A DNA stretch of 64,000 nucleotides, taken from the NCBI GenBank assembly GCA_050273025.1, contig CP158635.1, forward strand, positions 25,234,001-25,298,000, read 5' to 3'. The notes under the pieces are model-generated. The model made no database searches. It was not told the DNA's origin and saw only the letters and a list, made by a program, of their open reading frames with translations. Every line of letters begins with the position of its first letter. The first letter of the stretch is position 1. Source of the stretch: Cenococcum geophilum (Eukaryota). The position numbers and the translations under genes were made by a program. Shown piece after piece: positions 1 through 12,419 of this stretch.

Positions 1-2216
1 AAATATAAGAATAATATATGGATAGTAGATATAATAAAAGCAATTTAAATAGGAAAACGATAGTATAAGGATATTATACTCGCCAAATGCGAAATTCGTA
101 ACGATCGATTATACTATTAATAGAAGATAGTAGTTCCGAATTCCAAACCCTTACGATTTAAGATGCTCAAATTTATATACAATTCCCTTATAGTAGGACA
201 TCCTAGCTATATAAAGACTTATAAGATTATTTAATAAGTATACTACTAGCCTATAATATATAACTACGTATAAAAATACGTTTAAGTATGCAGAATATGC
301 GTATATAGGAAGACTTCTCACATAAAGAAACAAGGAGTACTTTAACCGTTGCCAATTCTAATATAAAGATAGCGAGATATCTTAATCGACTTTATAGTTA
401 ACCTGCCTAATAGTAATAGATTTATAAATATTATAGTAGTTATTAACTATCTTATAAAATTACGATATATAATTCCTATAGACTTAATTAATATAATATT
501 AGTAGCAGAATATTTTATTAAATACGTCTTTAAGCTATACGGACTTCCTAATTTAATAATATCCGACTATAGAAGCCAGTTTGTTTTAGACTTCTAGCAA
601 GCCCTATATAAGCAATTAGATATTTAAACTTAACTCTTAACTGCATTTTATCCGGAGATAGATAGTTAAACTAAAATTATAAACGTAATTATAGAACAAT
701 ACTATAAATATACTGCTCCTACCTATAAGACAACTATGAAAAGTAGCTACCTTTAGCTAAGTTTACTGCGAATAATATAAGAAATAAATTAATAGGCGTA
801 ATGCTATTCTACGCGACCTACGGACAAGACCCTTGTCTTAGATTTAAACTATAACCTAAAATTAATATAATAGGACCTATAATTAAATAGATTTAGTTAA
901 TTAATATATATAACTTTGCTAATTAAATAAATTAGTTAACGGAACTACTATAAAGTAAATTAACGTACGCTTAAATAGTATAGGAATGGTATATAAATAA
1001 AGAACAAGCTCCTGCGTAGGACTTTAAGGAAGGTAATATAGTTTACCTAAATATACAAAATATAAAGACTTAACGGCCCTTAAAGAAACTTAATTAGAAG
1101 TTTATAGGCCTATACCAAATTAAGAAGAAACTAAGCCTATACGCCTATAAGCTTAAACTACCAACTAAGATAAAAATACATCCGACGTTTTATATAAGCT
1201 TACTATAACCTTTAAAGGGAGAACCTATAACTTACGAAGTGCCGCTACTACCTCCTATAATTATTAATAATAGTAACAGTTCCTACTTTATTAACTTAAT
1301 TAATAATATATAATAGAAAACATAATCTAAATAATTTAAACTTCTTATTAAGTAGGAAGGATATAAAACACAAACTTAGGAAACCTATAACTAGATTAAG
1401 ACTAACGCGCCTTCCCTAGTAAAAGAATTCTATAAAGACTATCTTTTATAGTCTACTTTAGCTAAATAGACATAATGTAAAGGTAAATAATTGCTACCTA
1501 ATATAAATATACGAAATATAATAGTAGGAAGCTCGAATTTAAAAAGAACTTAAAATATATTATAATGTTTGTAATACGGTTATATAATATATAAGATATT
1601 AAGGAACTTTAACTAGCGGTTAAAGTTATCTAATTAGTTAGATTTACCTTGCTAAGACCTACTATAAAGATATTAGTTCTACTTACCGCCTTAACTAAGC
1701 TAATAGCGATTTTCTATCCTAGGGATAGAAAATCCTAATTAGTCTATTTAATAATAGAACCGGCAAAACTCTATACCGCCACCTAACGCAAGTATATAAA
1801 TACAATAAGTAATAAGTCTCGACTAAAATTAAATTATTTTAGACCTTTAACTAAAGGGGGGGGTACTATAACGGGACTAGCCTAGTTATAGAAGGAACGT
1901 CTCGGTAAAACACTTAACATATATGAATTCCGACGCTTTAACTAAATTCTACCAAACTCTGCTAGCTTAATTAACTTCTGCCAAGTTCTACTAGATCAAT
2001 TGAATTTTACTAAAGTCCGTCAAAGACCGCGTGCGCATATGCGCACGCATTGACCACTAAGACCCCTGACTATTTAATTATAAGATTCTCTTGTTATTCC
2101 TTTCTCTTCTTTACGCAACGTCTTGTTCTCTACAAGAGCTATATACCCTTAGATTTAGATAGAATTTATATCGTTCCTTCGAATCTTCCTTAAAGTCTCT
2201 TTGCGCCCTTATAATA
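1..2216 (+). mobile_element. 3' part of a RIP-degraded Ty3/Gypsy chromovirus-type LTR retrotransposon (integrase + chromodomain, PPT, 3' LTR)
   Basis: De-RIPed translation gives integrase motifs HGLPDSIISDRGSQFVSDFW (~538-600) and LSTAFHPETDGQTE (~635-675), plus chromodomain-like LLIKWEGYE..TWEP (~1340-1385). A G-rich polypurine tract at 1853-1863 directly precedes the LTR. Many TAA/TAG stops. Confidence 0.9.
1867..2216 (+). repeat. 3' LTR of the Gypsy element
   Basis: Starts TATAACGGG (RIPed TGTAACGGG) just after the PPT and ends ~CCCTTATAATA. Contains short internal tandem repeats. Right end approximate. Confidence 0.7.
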
Positions 2217-5200
2217 TCCCTATCTAGATATAGCTAGATCTGGATATTAAGGCGTAATTAAATAGTAAAAGATATGTAATAAGGAAGCTTAAGATAAACA
2301 GTTTCCTTAATATAGTTAAACAATAACTTTAAGACCTAGAAAAAATCTACCTAATACTAAATAAGTAAGGCTTATTAGCTACCCCTAAGGAAATTAACTA
2401 AAGACTAAAAAGGTTCTAGGTAGTAATTAAAAACAGGCTAGATAAGTACTACCTAGTCTTAAAACCAGGCCCCTATATATAATACGCATAGTCTATATAA
2501 TACGCGGTTATTATTACTAGCTAATAATAAGTAAGAAGGAAATATATAAGTAGCTATAACCTAGAAGATAAGAGATAATATAAAGATATAAGAAACTAGT
2601 TAAAGAATACCCTAAAAAAAGAAGTAAGGAATAACTAGAGATAGTTTATAAATAAATATACTATTAACCTAAGCCTCCCCTATAATAAGGGCCTTTAGAC
2701 TATAGTAAAATAGGTAAAGAAAAAGGTAGGATACTTAGTAAAAGACCTATACCTACTACCCCTAAGAAGAGTAGGTAAACTATAGGCTATAAGTAATAAT
2801 AATAATAAGGTAAAGATCCTTATAGAAAGATTTTCCCCCTAACCGGCCCTAGTAGACCTTAGTAATATTACAGGTGAAATACTAGTAACTTACCTAAGGG
2901 TTAACAGCGATATAATAACTAAAGAAATAGCTAGAACTATTTTCCGCGTCTTAAATACTATAGTGTTAGGACTAGATAGGATTCTAAATAAAGCTCTAAA
3001 GACCTATAGACTACTTATAGCACCTTAGCTTATAGATATAGCTAGAGTATACTTTATAATAGGCTACTACCTATAACTTAGAAGATCTATAATAATAGTT
3101 ATTTTATAAAAAGAAGGTAAAGTAGACTACTTAATCCTAGGAAGCTACCGCCCTATTGCCTTAGAAAATACCCTTAGTAAGATCTTAGAAAAGGTAATAG
3201 TAGACTATATAGTAGATATAGCTAATGAATACGTCCTACTACTATAAAGCTAAATAGGGGTAAGAAAGAACCGTTTAACACTATTAGTACTTACGTTACT
3301 TACTACTACTATTAAATCTATATAGGCGATATAAAGGGACTTTATAGTATTAATGCTTAGCCTAGATATTAGTAGTGCCTATAATAATATACCTTATAAG
3401 CGCCTCCTATATATCCTTAGGGTAAAGGGCTTCCCTAAATAGATTATATAATTTATTTAAGGATTTATAGGCTAGAAAGAAATATTACTAGTCTTTAGCA
3501 AATACTAGAGCCCCCCTATCATAGTTATAATAGGAATACTATAAGGATTACCCCTCTTGCCTATACTCTTCCTTTTCTTTATAAGTAACCTACTTAAGTC
3601 CTTTAAGGAAGGGGCGACCTAGGGGATAGGCTTTATTAATAATATAAACCTAATTATATATAGGCTAATAGCTATAGAGAATTATAGAATACTAAAGAAA
3701 GCCTATAATACCTATATAGAATAGGCAAGATAATATAGAGTCTAATTCTTACTAGAGAAATACTAGCTAATCTATTTTATAAGAAAACGCAACTAATTTA
3801 TAGATCTTTAGTATATAATCTATATCTAAGACTTTAGGGGTTAACTAGTTCAAGGCCTAAGGGTATTAGGAGTATAGGTAGATAGTAAGCTCTAGTAGAG
3901 CGTATATATGTTATAAGCGGCCTATAAGGACTAAGTATAGTATATTATAATATCTAGGATCGTTAATTCTATATAGGGCCTATACTTCTAGAGGTTACGC
4001 CTACTATATATAGTAGTTGTCTAGCTAACTATAATATATAGATCTAGTATTTAGGCTATAGGAGAAACCAAGAAAGGTCCCCCTAAATTACTTCTTAAAC
4101 TACTCTAAAAGGTCTAAATAGCCTACCTTTAGAGTATAATAGGCGGGTATAAGCGAACGGCTATAGTACTACTTAAGAAGGAAGCTAATATCCCCCCCTA
4201 TAATTATATATTAAAGCTACTATAATATAAAGGGTATAAAAGGAGCGTAACTCTAATATTATAAAGTATATTAAGATATACCTAAACAAATTATAGAGGG
4301 ACCCTAGGGTGCCCTATAGGAGAGTAAACTAATAACCCTAAAGTAGGGAAGATATATTAGAGAAATAGGTAGAGAAAGTAGAAGAAAAATAGTGCTATAT
4401 TAGGGCCTAGGCCTATATAGAGGAGGAAGGAAGACGTATAAGAGACTAGTAAAGATAATAGTAAGAGAGAGAAAGGAGCTAAAGTAGAGCATAAAAGAGT
4501 ACTAGGAAACTATCTACCGTAATATAATACTAGTTAGACTAATACTAAAGAGGTATATAGGAGTTAAAGGTATAGAGGCTAACTTAGGTAAAAGGAACCT
4601 AAGCTATAGTATAGTTAACGCTATAGGGGGTAAATACCTAAGGGCTCTAAGAAGGCCTAATAAAGGTAGAAAATATAATAGTAATACTCTTAAGAATAGG
4701 AATAATAGGACTAAAAGATTGGCTATACTAGGTAGGTATTCTAGTAAGTAGCCTAAGATATAAATATAGCTAGCTAAAATAGACACTAAAATATATAATA
4801 CTATTATACCCCTTATATACTAACTAAGAAGTAATACTCTTAGTAGCTAGTATAGAGAACTATAATATACTACTCTTAATATAAAAAGGTCTTAAGGCGG
4901 TTACCTAGTAGCTTATTAGCTAAAATATACTAGACTAGTTTTAAGTTATAAAGGAAATAATAATAGAAGGTAAAGGGGCGAGTAATAGGCGCCCCCTAAT
5001 AACTCTATAGTAGTAGAGTAAAGTTTATAATACTAGCGCGTCTATAGGCTTATTATGGCAGTAGTAGTTCCTAAGAAGGTTAAAAAGTAAGGTAGTAGAG
5101 TACTATAGGTGACTCGCAGGCGCCTCTTAGGCGCTAAGTAGGCGAGTCCTAAAAGGCGGGGAGACGGATTACGGGGTTTTCTCTTAGAGTTTTCTCCCTA

Positions 5201-5270
5201 TATATATATAAGGAGTAGTCCGCGTAGGCCTAATAGGGATTTAAATCGGACGTTAAGTAATGAATAATTA
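2217..5270 (+). mobile_element. Tad1-like LINE relic, copy 1 (reverse transcriptase and 3' end), RIP-degraded
   Basis: De-RIPed RT motifs: PGPDGIPNEALK (~2965), SYRPIALENTLSKILEKV (~3142), MLSLDISGAYDNV (~3353), GIPQGSPLSPILFLFF (~3533), GFVDD (~3628), LRVLGVWVDSKL (~3857). TAA-rich tail at ~5257-5270. Colinear with the copy at 59960-62661. Confidence 0.9.
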
Positions 5271-5706
5271 TATATAAGGTTACTTAAATATATAGCCTAT
5301 AATTATAGCTTAAGGACCTTAAACGCCTAAAAATGTATAAGTAAGTAGCTATAGATCTAAATATAAATTTTAAAAATATAAATTTAATTAAGTAAGTAAT
5401 AGAGGAGGTAGAGGGGGAAAAGGCTAAAATAAAGGCAAAGGAGCTAAAATTAAAGCTTTAAAAGGCGTTAGATAGAAAGACCAAGGCTAATATATTAAAT
5501 AGTATGTAGGGGTAAATAATTAATTTGATTTGGTTGGGTGTAGTAGGCTTCTAAAGTAGTAGGACTAATTTAGTAGGGTAACTGAGTTTAGGGGCTAACC
5601 GAGTTCTAGGGGTCTGATCTTAATATTAGTAACTATATTATATATTAAATTTATATAAAATCCTTTGCCATTTATTTTTACTTTTTGTATAATTACAGCA
5701 CCTGTC

Positions 5707-5794
5707 GTACCAACCGCGTGCTTACGCGGTCGGTACGCCGAGTACGCGCTTACGCGTTCGGTGCACCAACCACCCGCTTACGCGTCTGGTGCAC
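5707..5794. repeat. Three tandem GC-rich imperfect hairpins, each containing GCTTACGCG
   Basis: GTACCAACCGCGT-GCTT-ACGCGGTCGGTAC; CCGAGTACGCG-CTTA-CGCGTTCGG; GTGCACCA..GCTTACGCG..TGGTGCAC. Confidence 0.7.
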
Positions 5795-6171
5795 TCCTGA
5801 AGCACTAACTAATTAGGGGGGAGGCGCATTAGTATATAGACCACGTAGTCTGCTTCAATACAATCGACAGTCACCACCATCCAAATGAGCATACGATACT
5901 ATACGTATTTCGTGCCCCTGGATATGACTCACTTGTATCATTAAGTTGATACAAACACTTTTTAATTAGTACAAAATTTTTTTTTAAAAAAAAAAGCCAA
6001 TTATAAATATAAAAGCAGTTTTAATAAAAGTTTTAGGTTTAAAGATACTAAAAATAATTTAATTATTATAGGAATTTAATTTAAAAATAAAAGTCTTTTT
6101 TTTAAAAGTCTAGGTAATAAAAAAAAAATTTTTTTTTTAATAACCAGCTTTATCTCCTCTCCTTTAGTAAA

Positions 6172-6324
6172 TGTCACAGTACGTGCAGTGGGTCAAGGTA
6201 CGAGGTGACTGTATATGATTGACAAACGATGTCGTGTGAGGATCTATGTACAGGAGACGAGGCAGGTATATATACGTGTTGCTCAGGGGTCAGTTCCGTG
6301 CTCATGCATACGCGTGCCGTGACA
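6172..6324. mobile_element. Solo LTR (153 bp)
   Basis: TGTCAC...GTGACA termini with a perfect 5-bp TSD, GTAAA (6167-6171 / 6325-6329). Confidence 0.85.
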
Positions 6325-6888
6325 GTAAAATTTAAATTTAATATATATTTGGTTTTACTTGATTGCCACTATAGCTTTATACCTCCCCTTTAGTAAGCGC
6401 TGCGAGATTATATATATCCTATCTCACTTAATTACCACTAATTGTATATAGTAAAGATAGCAAACAGCTGTGGCTGCACGCAAGGACCATTTTAGTTGCC
6501 CTGGAGAATTATTCTAATTGGCTAGGAGAATTAGATCGAAGCAACTTAGAACTTGCCTGACGTACGCTTCCCCTTTCTCTTTCATTTGCCCATGCCTCTG
6601 CCAAAACGCGAATATAACGCTGTCTGCAATTGCCGATGAAATTTGGCAATGTCGTACGGGTGGAAACCTCACGATATTTTATAAATATCACGACATTGGA
6701 ACTTGCTCTGCACTTGAGATTCGGCCCTTATGGTTTCGGCTCACAACCAGTGTCTTTGGTGTGCGGCGACGCTCCTTAATGTCTATCAGATCGCAGTCTA
6801 ATAGCCAGCGGGGAGATCCGAAAACATTTAGGTGACTATGAACATTGGACAGCGGGGTACAAATTATCATCGGTGCTACTTTTCCCTT

Positions 6889-8982
6889 TCAAAGACAAAT
6901 CATGAGGCCTTCCCAGGCCTCATCTGATTTGATCCGCTGCATGAATATGTCCGAGTCGTCTTCACGCACAAAACCAACGCCAATTCTCTCATAATGAAGC
7001 CCAAAAGGCTGAAGAAGCATCATTCCATAACACCATGCATACCACTGAGCGCTCGCATATATCGTCGAAGCGAGAGGGGCACACCTAACATCTGCTCCTA
7101 CCTCTAAGGGTCTATCAAGGTGAAGCTCAATGTTTGACTTTGTCCCATCCCGGTAGGCTAGCACCAGCTCCGACTCCACGGCTTCGCTCATCTTGACAAG
7201 GCTCATCTTGAGACTTGGCCCTTGGATCTCAAGTGTACAGCTCCCGTCGGAGTGGTTGATGCGCACGTCTACTCCGGGAAATGGTTTGTTGTCTGATGAC
7301 CATGTAAGCGGCCACAGACTCATCCAAGACCACGACGGAAACATCCCCGCTGGTACCGGATTGGGGGAAAAGCTGATGAGGGGAGTCTGGGATGGGTTCC
7401 AGCCCGGATGTAACGTCATGTGCCACAGTAATTCGTTCCCTAATTGACTGGTAACGTGGCCACTGCTATCAACGTCTCCGATGACACTCCTCAGCATGGA
7501 AGCAGTGCCCAACACTGCATTCCGCCGGTCGCTTAGGTGGGTGAAATGTCTCGTCGAGAAGTTCTCACGAATAGTACACCAACGAGCGAGCAGCATATCT
7601 CGGGTCATGTAATCATATTTCCAAGGATATTTGGGATCCATATCCGGAGGAAGAGCACCATTCGTCTGCTTGTACTTACGGATAGCGCTGCGGAAGTGAT
7701 GAGGATCTCTCATGTCTCTCCCCGATGCGGCGCCACATTCTGAGACTGGGAGTGGGCGCCCACACCAGAACACTAGACGCCGACGGTTGAACTCGAGTGC
7801 GCGGGTGGACAGGATCTGCTCTTGGAACGTCCAGCCGCGCCACATGTAGCATGCTTTATCGGCTAGCTCCCCATATTTCTCCTCGTACACCTCGTATTCC
7901 GAGTCCAGGGCTTCCAAGCAGCCGACATGAAGCCCCCAATTAACCATTGAAGTAAGATTCTCACCATTGAGCCAGTTTCGTGGGATAGAGACACCCGGTA
8001 ACCCACTGTCCGAGGACTTGCTTGCTCGTGCGACGATTGTTACCGCAGCTAAACCGTAGATATGATCCATCTGAGCCAGTTGAATCTCCAGGTCGTCAGG
8101 CGAGTCTTGGACGATACAAAGTGCATCCACCCAGAGGAAACGGTATCCTAGGGCCCGGGTCACCTTCATTGTATCCCGAATCGTCCTCGGGAGCCTAGGC
8201 ATGGCACTATTGTTGTCGCTTGGAAGACGTTTTCGAAACTCTCGTATAGTCTGGGATGTCAATCGCAGTTGATAGTCGTTACCCCAAACGTAGCTGAGTG
8301 CGACAAACTCGAGAGGCGCAGTGATGATCTCCTCTAGAGTAACCAGCCGCTTCAGTTTGGTGTCAATTAACCTTGTTGACGGATGAAGGGCCTCTGCGGT
8401 CCCTGCGGGGACGATTGGCTGACAGTTGTCGTGATCTATGTTGCACTCACGGACCCAAGTTCTGGCGAGTGCAAGATCCGCCCACGCTGAAAGCACCCTA
8501 TAGCTCGTATCGGTAAGAGCCCGTGATGGCCCTGATGGGTGTCTTTCCAGCCCACACTCGCCAGTGAAATGGTGATTGTGAAAGTAAAATTCTTTTTTTA
8601 CCTCGTCACCATACCAAGTATCGAGAAGTGTCGTCTGGGTGACAAGAAGATTGCAGTGAGGCTGGTCTGATACAAGTGTGACTTTGTTTATCTGCAGCTG
8701 TATCAAGTGCTGTGGTGTCGTCCTTTTCAACTCCTTCTTTGGAGGGTAATATATATAATGGAGATTGACCCTGAGATTCTCTAAGTAGCAGCCGCGGAAC
8801 AGTGAGCACAGATTGCATGAATCTTTGCCAGAGAGAGGCTCAGCGTCGAAGTAGAACTTGTTTCCGGGATCGATATCAGAAAAAGTGATTGAGGCGCATG
8901 AGGAACACAACCTCATAATCAAAGACTTGGGAGACCGCGCTGTTTGAGGTCGTTGAGATGAAGAAGACCTCATAGTTCTCAA
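6889..8982 (-). CDS. HET-domain (heterokaryon incompatibility, PF06985-type) protein, intact and intronless
   Basis: 697-aa ORF in non-RIPed sequence with canonical HET motifs: FVALSYVWG, LPRTIRDTMKVTRALGYRFLWVDALCIVQD, QLAQMDHIYGLAAVTIVA, RGWTFQEQILSTR, FPSWSW. N-terminal CxxC...CxxC. The true start may be the internal Met of MRLCSSC. Confidence 0.93.
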   Translation of the reverse strand: MRTMRSSSSQRPQTARSPKSLIMRLCSSCASITFSDIDPGNKFYFDAEPLSGKDSCNLCSLFRGCYLENLRVNLHYIYYPPKKELKRTTPQHLIQLQINKVTLVSDQPHCNLLVTQTTLLDTWYGDEVKKEFYFHNHHFTGECGLERHPSGPSRALTDTSYRVLSAWADLALARTWVRECNIDHDNCQPIVPAGTAEALHPSTRLIDTKLKRLVTLEEIITAPLEFVALSYVWGNDYQLRLTSQTIREFRKRLPSDNNSAMPRLPRTIRDTMKVTRALGYRFLWVDALCIVQDSPDDLEIQLAQMDHIYGLAAVTIVARASKSSDSGLPGVSIPRNWLNGENLTSMVNWGLHVGCLEALDSEYEVYEEKYGELADKACYMWRGWTFQEQILSTRALEFNRRRLVFWCGRPLPVSECGAASGRDMRDPHHFRSAIRKYKQTNGALPPDMDPKYPWKYDYMTRDMLLARWCTIRENFSTRHFTHLSDRRNAVLGTASMLRSVIGDVDSSGHVTSQLGNELLWHMTLHPGWNPSQTPLISFSPNPVPAGMFPSWSWMSLWPLTWSSDNKPFPGVDVRINHSDGSCTLEIQGPSLKMSLVKMSEAVESELVLAYRDGTKSNIELHLDRPLEVGADVRCAPLASTIYASAQWYAWCYGMMLLQPFGLHYERIGVGFVREDDSDIFMQRIKSDEAWEGLMICL

Positions 8983-11900
8983 GTCGGTCCGTTCCGGACA
9001 TTTTCGTGTATCCTTACGCAGCTTGGGTCCACTTATCTCGAACCTCCTATCTATCCACTCACTACACTCGCGATAGGCGTCACTAAAGGGGCCGGATCCA
9101 ACAACCTACCCAAATAGCAACGTGTCAGGCGGGATGTGGCCTCATACAGTATATGGCTTGTTGTTCAGACTAGTCAGACTCTCTGCCAAGGAGCTTACGT
9201 AACCTCCTTTCCGGAGGGTCTATTTCGACCTCATCCTTCAACTCACAAAGAACGATTACTTCTGATTTCCAAGGTCATATTTCTGTCTTGTCTTCAAAGC
9301 GTTTCGTCGAAACCAAGTGGACTTGATTGCATGTTGGTTCTAAGGCTATTCGACGGTTTATTTGAGCGGAGCTCCATTCTATGATTGGCCGGCTGTTACC
9401 TTGAGCCTTTTCTTCTTTTTTCCCTTTATTTTCTTTGCGGAGTGGTGCTTAGGACGAGGCTTCAGATCTCTTCCGAGGCTAATCGAGCGTCAATAGCCCG
9501 GAGACCCTTCCAGAGTCTACAGGTTCTGCCTCATTGACTACCTTCAGCCCTCACTCTCTTTACACAGACAGTTAGCAATCAAATTATAGTGATTAAAATA
9601 TCCATCTGTGTGCAATATGATCCACTAGTGTAGCTAACCCTCTTCACGAAAGCACAGATGAAGAACTAAATAATAAATACTTTCCAATGATACGACATGA
9701 AAAGTTATGAGGGTATGAAGACACTCTACGCGTCAGGATATATATTGAATCAATTGTCTAGCTCGGAATATAATGGGTTGATATAACAAGGGAATGCCTT
9801 AAATTGCCTTTAGTATTACGATCGAGTAAGAAACGATGCAAGGGATCTTAATACTTAGTCTTGTCGACCAGCACATGCAGCTGCCTCGAAGATATAATAT
9901 TCAAGGTGGCATACAAGCCGAAAGTTGGGGGATAAGTGGCCTTATGGGGGAGGGCAGAGCGTGTCCGAAAAGCTACTTACAAAGCTCCTCGCGAAGCTCC
10001 CCGCAAGGCTCTCTGCCTTAATATAAATGTAGGGCTTATAACTATATTAGGGTCCGCATATCTACCGGCAAAGTTTTATAAAGTAAATACATCGTATATA
10101 GAGTTAGTTATAGTTCTAAGTAGGGAATTTGCGATATCTATAGTGAAAGTACTATTATTATACAAATAGGAGCAGATTTCCGGCGCTTGTAATATAGTTA
10201 ACTAAAAATAAATTAAACTTTATTATAAACCTAGTGTTAAACCATTTACTCTAGCTATTGGATGTATATTCATTATTTAGGGGGTAGAGGGTAGTTAGGC
10301 CTTTTGCGTTTTAACAATATATAAATAACTAGGAGCATTTGGAATATATAAATTATATAGATAAATAATATATTTAAGTAAAGGTCTCATTAGGTAGTGG
10401 GGATAAGTTAAGGTGGTTTAATAAGGAATTTCTCTATATTATCTGAATAAATATAAGTAACATAACCTATAATTAACATAAGAGCGTATTAGGAACTTAT
10501 ATACTTTATTAGATTAGGATAAGGGAAGTAAGGTAAATAGAATAACAAATGGCGGTATATGGTATGCTTCGCTACATATAATAGGAAAGAGCGTAAGTAT
10601 CCTAAACCGCCCACTCTTCCTAAAATTAGTCCCTTAATGCCTATTTTAAAGCCATGTCGGATATTAATATAGCTAAAATACGGAGCTAAGGATTTATAGG
10701 ATATATAGCGCTTAACTACAATACTAAGTAGTAATACTTCTAAAAAGCAACGCAGTAATGCAGTGGATACAGGGAAAATACAACCTAAGTGGCCCGAGCA
10801 ATGCCAAAGATCCGCTAGGATTTACGCTAAAGAATAATCGCCAAGAGAAGCGCCAATTAAGCAGCACCAATATATAGTAAGCAGTAAAGCAATCGCAAGG
10901 GTCCTAAAAGAGAGTAGATATATTTTATAAGGTTACGTAGGGAGGCATAGCAAGGTTATTACGGCTACTAAAGTTATTTAGTAGTGACCGCTAGGAGAAC
11001 AGATAATTCTACTTAAAATAATGCCTAGTATAGACTAAAATTACTAATAATCTGTTATAACAGTAAGAGACATAGTTAAAAAGAATTAAGAAGATTCTAA
11101 AAAGGCTTAGAGAACGCTAACGCTTTTAATAATACCTTTTTAGGGCGATTAAACTATAATAGATACACTACTATATGCTAGCCTCGAGCTAAGCAGAAGT
11201 AAGTTATATGGTTAGACAAGCAGAGGAACTTTTAGTAGCTATAGTAGTACAACCTCTTAAGAATATATTAGATATAGATGGTATAGTAGGCCGATTTGCA
11301 GTCCTAGTTATATACAATCTACTTCTCTAACTTTAATTATACCTAGATCCGGCAGGTCTGACAGTAGTATTATTATTAATTCCAGTAGGCTCGCGATAAG
11401 GGGGGCGGCTAAGTCTGCTCTATAGACTATATAGCTAATTAGGGCTAATAAAACGCTGACTTAAGATGATAATAATACTATGAGATAACCGAGAGAAAGG
11501 ATTACCTTAGGCTACTCCCTAAGTTGCTAGGGGTAATATTAGTAATCTTAGACCACTTATACCTATAGGGTAACGGCTAGTATTAATTAGATTAGGGCCT
11601 TTACCTTCCGGTTAAGGCTTTAAGACATAATAGTTAGCTTTATACAGCGGGCAGTATATACAACAACTTATTAGCCATAGATTAACGCAACTAGCGTAGA
11701 ACGCATAGCCGCATATTAGTCCTCTTATATTATTATCGTCTTTAAGTATATCTAAGTAAATCGCGTAGGTATTACTAGGTTAAGCTAGTATCTTTAAAGC
11801 AGTAGCAGTGCGGATAGGATTATCGTTATTAGAGTTATCTGTATTATAATCGTATGCTTTAAAAGCATCCTTAGATATATCTACAATAGTACTAATAGTA

Positions 11901-12419
11901 GTCTTAACTTTCTCTAGCTTAATAGCCTTATTGTCTAATTCCCGAGCTAATAAACCTTTAACTATAATTTTAGGCTAGTAAGTAGCGGCAGTAATAGAAG
12001 TAGTAGTATAATCTTCATATGCGACTAATAATACAGTAGCAGGTCTAGCGACTTCTTTAGATTTTTAATTGTTACCAGATAGTCTAATAACTCCTTCCTT
12101 TAAGCTTCTAGGTCTACTAGGATTAGTAGTAATACCTCTAGCAGTAGGTAGGCCTTTATGCTCTTGGCTTAATCTCTATACCTTATATTTCTTAAAAGGG
12201 AATCGCTCGTTAACCTTATCTATAGATGTTGGTTACATAAGGGGATATCACGTAGCTATGGTTTATAGATAGTATAATAATTATTCTTCTTATTGTAATT
12301 CTTAAAGAAAAGGGTAAGGAACTTAAGGTTCCTTACTACGCTAGTGCCGCGGCGGCACGTGACAGCAACTTGCCGCATGTAACGGCAACTTGCTATATAT
12401 AGTGGCAATATACCTTATA

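Noticed and set aside
1699..1740. Hammerhead ribozyme reading of motif X (CTAATAG...GAAA)
   Set aside because: It lacks the CUGAUGA core geometry and the GAAA lies inside a perfect stem. CCAAT plus palindrome fits better.
5950..6140. Extremely AT-rich homopolymer tract as a centromeric or origin element
   Set aside because: Short, and explained by decayed repeat sequence or slippage.
6509..6870. ORFs of 60-105 aa just downstream of HET as a possible antidote or partner gene
   Set aside because: Mostly non-ATG starts, mutually overlapping and no motifs. Probably 3' UTR or intergenic DNA. Cannot be supported without expression data.
7193..8818. Short ORFs overlapping the HET gene (7193-7447, 7229-7426, 7537-7743, 8606-8818)
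   Set aside because: Alternative-frame or antisense shadows of the HET CDS with no recognisable motifs.
9700..10100. Starship captain or terminal repeat at the left edge of the RIPed block (also checked 57700-57950)
   Set aside because: No tyrosine-recombinase remnant recognised and no matching direct or inverted repeat seen between the two edges.
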